This document shows positions 60,152 through 64,000 of a stretch of 64,000 bases of DNA, in pieces. The translations under genes were made by a program, and so were the position numbers. Source of the DNA: an uncultured Gammaproteobacteria bacterium (GTDB taxonomy: Bacteria; Pseudomonadota; Gammaproteobacteria; Steroidobacterales; Steroidobacteraceae). The stretch covers positions 115,764-179,763 of the forward strand of contig CAWHNL010000017.1 of NCBI GenBank assembly GCA_963830745.1. Reading direction: 5' to 3'. Position 1 is the stretch's first letter, and every line of letters begins with the position of its first letter. Under the pieces are notes generated by a model. That model worked only from the letters and a program-made list of their open reading frames with translations, was not told where the DNA came from and did no database searches.

Positions 60152-61408
60152 CACTTCACGATGGCCTGATACGTCAGGTTGCGCGACAGTCCGCGCACGT
60201 CCGGCGAGCCATCGCCGCGATGCTGGATCATGCCGACGACGATCAGGTTGTAGACCGGGTCGATCCAGAACCACGTGCCGGCGTAACCGCCCCAGTAGAA
60301 CGTGCCCTCACCGCCATAGCCGCCCGCTGCGACCGGATCCTCGACGACCGCGAAGTCCAGGCCGAAACCGGTGCCGGCCGACATCGTGCGCGCGCTGGCC
60401 GGCAGCACGTTCGAGCGCATCAGCTGCACACTGAGCGGCGACAGCAGCCGCTGTCCGTCGAGCTCGCCGCCGTTCAACAGCATCTGGCAGAAGCGCATGT
60501 AGTCCATCGCAGTCGAGACCAGACCGCCGCCGCCCGACGGCAGCGCCCGGCGGCTTCGAGAAGTCGGGCACTCCCGGATGCGGCACGAACTTGCGATCCT
60601 TGTCGTACGTGTAGAACGACACGAAGCGATTCATCTTCTCGGGCGGCACGTAGAACGCCGTGTCCTTCATGCCGAGCGGATCGAAGATGCGCTGCTTCAG
60701 GAACTCGGGGAACGGCTGTCCCGACAGCTTCTCGACCAGGTAGCCCTGCACGTCGACCGACACGCTGTAGTGCCAGCGCTCGCCGGGCTGGTGCAGCAGC
60801 GGGATCTTCGCCGAGCTTGTCGATCATCGCCTGCAGCGTCGCGTCGCGGTCGAGCACGTTGACGTCCGTGTACATCTTGTCGACCGCGGTGCTGCCGAAC
60901 ACGCCGTAGGTGAGGCCGCCGGAGTGCGACATCAGCTCGCGCATCGTCATCGCGTGGTCCGGCGCGACCTGCGTGACCGTGCCGTTCTGCGGATTCACTT
61001 TCGCGACCTTGAGGTTCGCGAACTCGGGAATGTGCTTCGACACCGGGTCGTTGAGCTGCCACTTGCCTTCCTCGAACAGCATCATCATCGCGACGCCGGT
61101 GATCGGCTTCGACATCGAGTAGATGCGGAAGATCGAGTCCTTCTGCATCGGCGCGGCGCTCTCCAGGTCGCGCTTGCCGGCGGCCTCGAACTCGACGACC
61201 TTGCCGTCCTTCGCGACCATCGTGACGACGCCGGGGAGCTGGTTGCGGTCGACGAGCGCCTGCATCTCGCTCTTCAGCCGGCCGAGCCGCTGCGTCGACA
61301 TGCCGACGCTCTCGGGCCGCGCGCGTCGGCAGATCGGCCGCAATCGCGGCGCCGGTCAGCAGGACGAGCAGCAGGAAAGAAGCCGAAGGCGTGGCGCGCC
61401 GACTTCAT
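60151..61408 (-). CDS. Serine hydrolase, beta-lactamase-related (family VIII esterase-like), secreted
   Basis: FRIYSMSKP (SxxK), [38 protein letters not shown]. Confidence 0.9.
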
Positions 61409-61511
61409 GGAGTCCCCCTGTTCGTCGAGTTCGTGTTGGTCGGGCGCAAAGTGTACATGGAAGCAAGCGGCTGGCGGATAGCGGATCCGCGTCAGAGGCG
61501 ATAATGCCGCT

Positions 61512-64000
61512 GTGAAGAATTCTCAATTCTCCCTGCCGATCGACGCAGCGCTGCCCTCGCTGCGGGCGGCCGTCGCCGCGCACGCGAACGTGGTCCTGCA
61601 GGCGCCGCCCGGCGCGGGCAAGTCGACAGGCGTCCCGCTCGCGTTGCTCGCCGAGAAGTCGCTGGGCGCCGGCAAGATCGTGATGCTCGAGCCGCGCCGT
61701 CTCGCCGCGCGCGCCGTCGCGACGCGCATGGCGCACATGCTCGGCGAATCTGTCGGTCAGACCGTCGGCTTTCGCACGCGGCTGGAATCGCGCACCGGCA
61801 AGAGCACGCGCATCGAAGTCGTGACGGAAGGAATCCTCACGCGCTGGCTGCAACGCGACGCCACGCTCGAAGGCGTCGCGATGGTGATCTTCGACGAGTT
61901 TCACGAGCGCAGCCTCAACGCCGATCTCGGCCTGGCGTTGTGCCTGGAAGCGCAGACGGAAGTGCGCGAGGACCTGCGCATCCTCGTGATGTCGGCCACG
62001 CTCGACGCGACGGCTGTCGCGCAACTGCTCGGCAACGCGCCCGTCGTAACCGCGGAAGGCAAGGCGTTCGAAGTCGAGACGCGCTGGACGGCCGCCGGCG
62101 TTGCGAACCGTGGCCAGCGCGAGATCGACATCGCCACCCGAACCGCACGAACCATCGCGCAAGCACTCGAACAGGAGCCCGGCGACATCCTGGCGTTCTT
62201 GCCTGGACAAGCGGAAATCCGCCGCGCGCAGCAGCATCTCGAGGAAGGCGGCCTGCCGCGGGGCGTGCGCGTGCTGCCGCTCTTCGGCGATCTGTCTGTC
62301 GCAGATCAGGACGCAGCGCTGCGTCCCGGCGACGCGCAGCATCGCAAGGTCGTGCTCGCCACGAACATCGCCGAAACCAGTCTGACGATCGAGGGCGTTC
62401 GCGTCGTCGTCGATTCCGGGCTCGCTCGCCGCGCGCGCTTCGATCCGTCGACAGGAATGAGCGGCCTGGAGACGGTGCGCATCTCGCGCGCGTCCGCCGA
62501 TCAGCGACGCGGGCGCGCGGGACGTCTCGGTCCGGGCGTGTGCTACCGGCTGTGGTCGGAAACCGAGCACGCATCCTTGCCCGCGCAAACCGCGCCGGAA
62601 ATCCTCGAAGCGGATCTGGCGCCCGTCGCGCTCGACCTGGCCGAGTGGGGCGTGAGCGATCCGCGCACGTTGCGCTGGCTCGATCCGCCGCCGAGCGCGA
62701 CGTTCTCGCAGGCGCGGGATCTGTTGCGCTCGCTGGATGCGATCGATGCGGAAGGTCGGATCACCGCACACGGCCGCGCACTGGCACGACTCGGAACGCA
62801 TCCGCGTCTCGCACACATGATCGTGCGCGGTGCCGAGCTCGGCCTGCAGCGACTCGCGCTGGAAATCGCAGCCGTGCTGGGCGAGCGCGATCTGCTGCGC
62901 TGGAGTGCCGGCCGCCGCGATGCCGACCTGCGGTTGCGCATCGAGGCCCTGCGTCGGGGACGCGTCGACGATCCGCACGTCGCAGCCGACGTTCGCGTCG
63001 ACGGCGGCGCACGGCAACGGGCATTGCGCAGCGTAGAGGTTCTCGAACGCCAGCTCGAAAAGAGTGCGGCGCCGACGCGAACCGCGGAGGCCGACGCTGA
63101 CATCGGCAGGCTGCTCGCATTCGCATATCCAGATCGCGTCGCGCAGTCGCGCGGCGCTGGTGGCCGTTATCTGTTGTCAGGCGGCCGCGGTGCACGGCTC
63201 GCGGACGCGCAGAGCATCGCGCAAGCGGAGTTCCTCGTCGTTGCGGATCTCGACGCTGGCGATCGCGAGGCGCTCATCAGGCTCGCCGCGCCCCTGCCGC
63301 GTGCAGCGCTGGAAGCGGACTTCGCCGCATCCATCGAGCACCGGCAAAGGTTCGAGTGGGATGCGCGCGAGCAAGCCGTCGTCGCGCAGGATGAGCGCTG
63401 GCTGGGTGCGATCCGGCTCGGCGAGCGGCGACTCGAAAATCCCGACAGCGCGCGCGTAACGAGCGCGTTGCTCGCGGGCATCCGCGAGCTGGGTCTCGAA
63501 GCGCTGCCGTGGAGCAAGGAGGCGCGCGCACTGCGTCAGCGACTCGCGTTCGCGCGCGAAGTGGATACGCAACCGCCGCGGCCGTGGCCCGACGTGAGCG
63601 ATGCCGCGCTGTCGTCGACACTCGACGACTGGCTCGCGCCGTGGCTGACCGACATGAGCCGACGCGATCATCTCGCGCGACTGGACATGACGGCGATCGT
63701 CACGGCGCTGCTCGACTGGAATCAGCGGCAGCGGCTCGACGAGATCGCGCCGACGCACCTGCAGGTGCCGAGCGGATCGCGCATTCCGATCGATTACTCG
63801 GCGGCACCGACGGTCGCCGTCAGGCTGCAGGAAGTGTTCGGCCTGAGCACCACGCCTGCGGTGGGCGGCGGCCGCGTGCCGTTGACGTTGCAATTGCTGT
63901 CGCCCGCGCACCGCCCGGTGCAGGTGACCAAGGACCTGACGAGCTTCTGGGCGCGCGGTTACGCGGAAGTGAAGAAAGAGCTGAAAGGCCGCTATCCGAA
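61512..64000 (+). CDS. hrpB: ATP-dependent RNA helicase HrpB (3' end beyond the window)
   Basis: Manual translation LPID..APPGAGKST, LEPRRLAA, DEFHERS, MSATL, FLPG, LATNIAETSLTIEG, QRRGRAGR, LLSPAHRPVQVT.DL.SFW, ELKGRYPK. Confidence 0.95.
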   Translation, partial: MKNSQFSLPIDAALPSLRAAVAAHANVVLQAPPGAGKSTGVPLALLAEKSLGAGKIVMLEPRRLAARAVATRMAHMLGESVGQTVGFRTRLESRTGKSTRIEVVTEGILTRWLQRDATLEGVAMVIFDEFHERSLNADLGLALCLEAQTEVREDLRILVMSATLDATAVAQLLGNAPVVTAEGKAFEVETRWTAAGVANRGQREIDIATRTARTIAQALEQEPGDILAFLPGQAEIRRAQQHLEEGGLPRGVRVLPLFGDLSVADQDAALRPGDAQHRKVVLATNIAETSLTIEGVRVVVDSGLARRARFDPSTGMSGLETVRISRASADQRRGRAGRLGPGVCYRLWSETEHASLPAQTAPEILEADLAPVALDLAEWGVSDPRTLRWLDPPPSATFSQARDLLRSLDAIDAEGRITAHGRALARLGTHPRLAHMIVRGAELGLQRLALEIAAVLGERDLLRWSAGRRDADLRLRIEALRRGRVDDPHVAADVRVDGGARQRALRSVEVLERQLEKSAAPTRTAEADADIGRLLAFAYPDRVAQSRGAGGRYLLSGGRGARLADAQSIAQAEFLVVADLDAGDREALIRLAAPLPRAALEADFAASIEHRQRFEWDAREQAVVAQDERWLGAIRLGERRLENPDSARVTSALLAGIRELGLEALPWSKEARALRQRLAFAREVDTQPPRPWPDVSDAALSSTLDDWLAPWLTDMSRRDHLARLDMTAIVTALLDWNQRQRLDEIAPTHLQVPSGSRIPIDYSAAPTVAVRLQEVFGLSTTPAVGGGRVPLTLQLLSPAHRPVQVTKDLTSFWARGYAEVKKELKGRYP

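Overview
GC-rich bacterial chromosomal window. Gene content suggests a free-living gammaproteobacterium, possibly Steroidobacteraceae/Nevskiales-like (inference only). Most genes over 500 bp are broken by 1-bp indels typical of an unpolished long-read assembly, so I reconstructed genes by joining frames and many ends are approximate. About 55 CDS are mostly housekeeping, envelope or signalling genes: partial lemA, an exported chorismate mutase/cyclohexadienyl dehydratase fusion, a CpxRA-like pair, folE, PLD-DedA, a large FAD/Fe-S oxidoreductase, a DegP-like protease with a two-component system, motAB, rraA, HiPIP, an AttEGH-like ABC system, an NdvB-like glucan synthase, ydcSTUV-patD, cydAB, tesB, an MFS transporter, a serine hydrolase and partial hrpB. 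I saw no rRNA, tRNA, CRISPR array, transposase or integrase. Three loci stand out. (1) A tightly coupled four-gene operon at 53503-58514 encodes a PspA/IM30 (ESCRT-III-like) protein, a two-module AAA+ ATPase, a membrane coiled-coil protein and a membrane-anchored solute-binding/OmpA fusion, with no pspBC/pspF or ABC permease in the window. (2) A c-di-GMP-I riboswitch sits upstream of an uncharacterised protein with two SPOR-like domains, a repeat-rich linker and no signal peptide. (3) A signalling island (Ser/Thr kinase-TPR, Cys-rich TPR, NarL regulator, hybrid kinase) contains a probable antisense-strand small RNA of about 60 nt.
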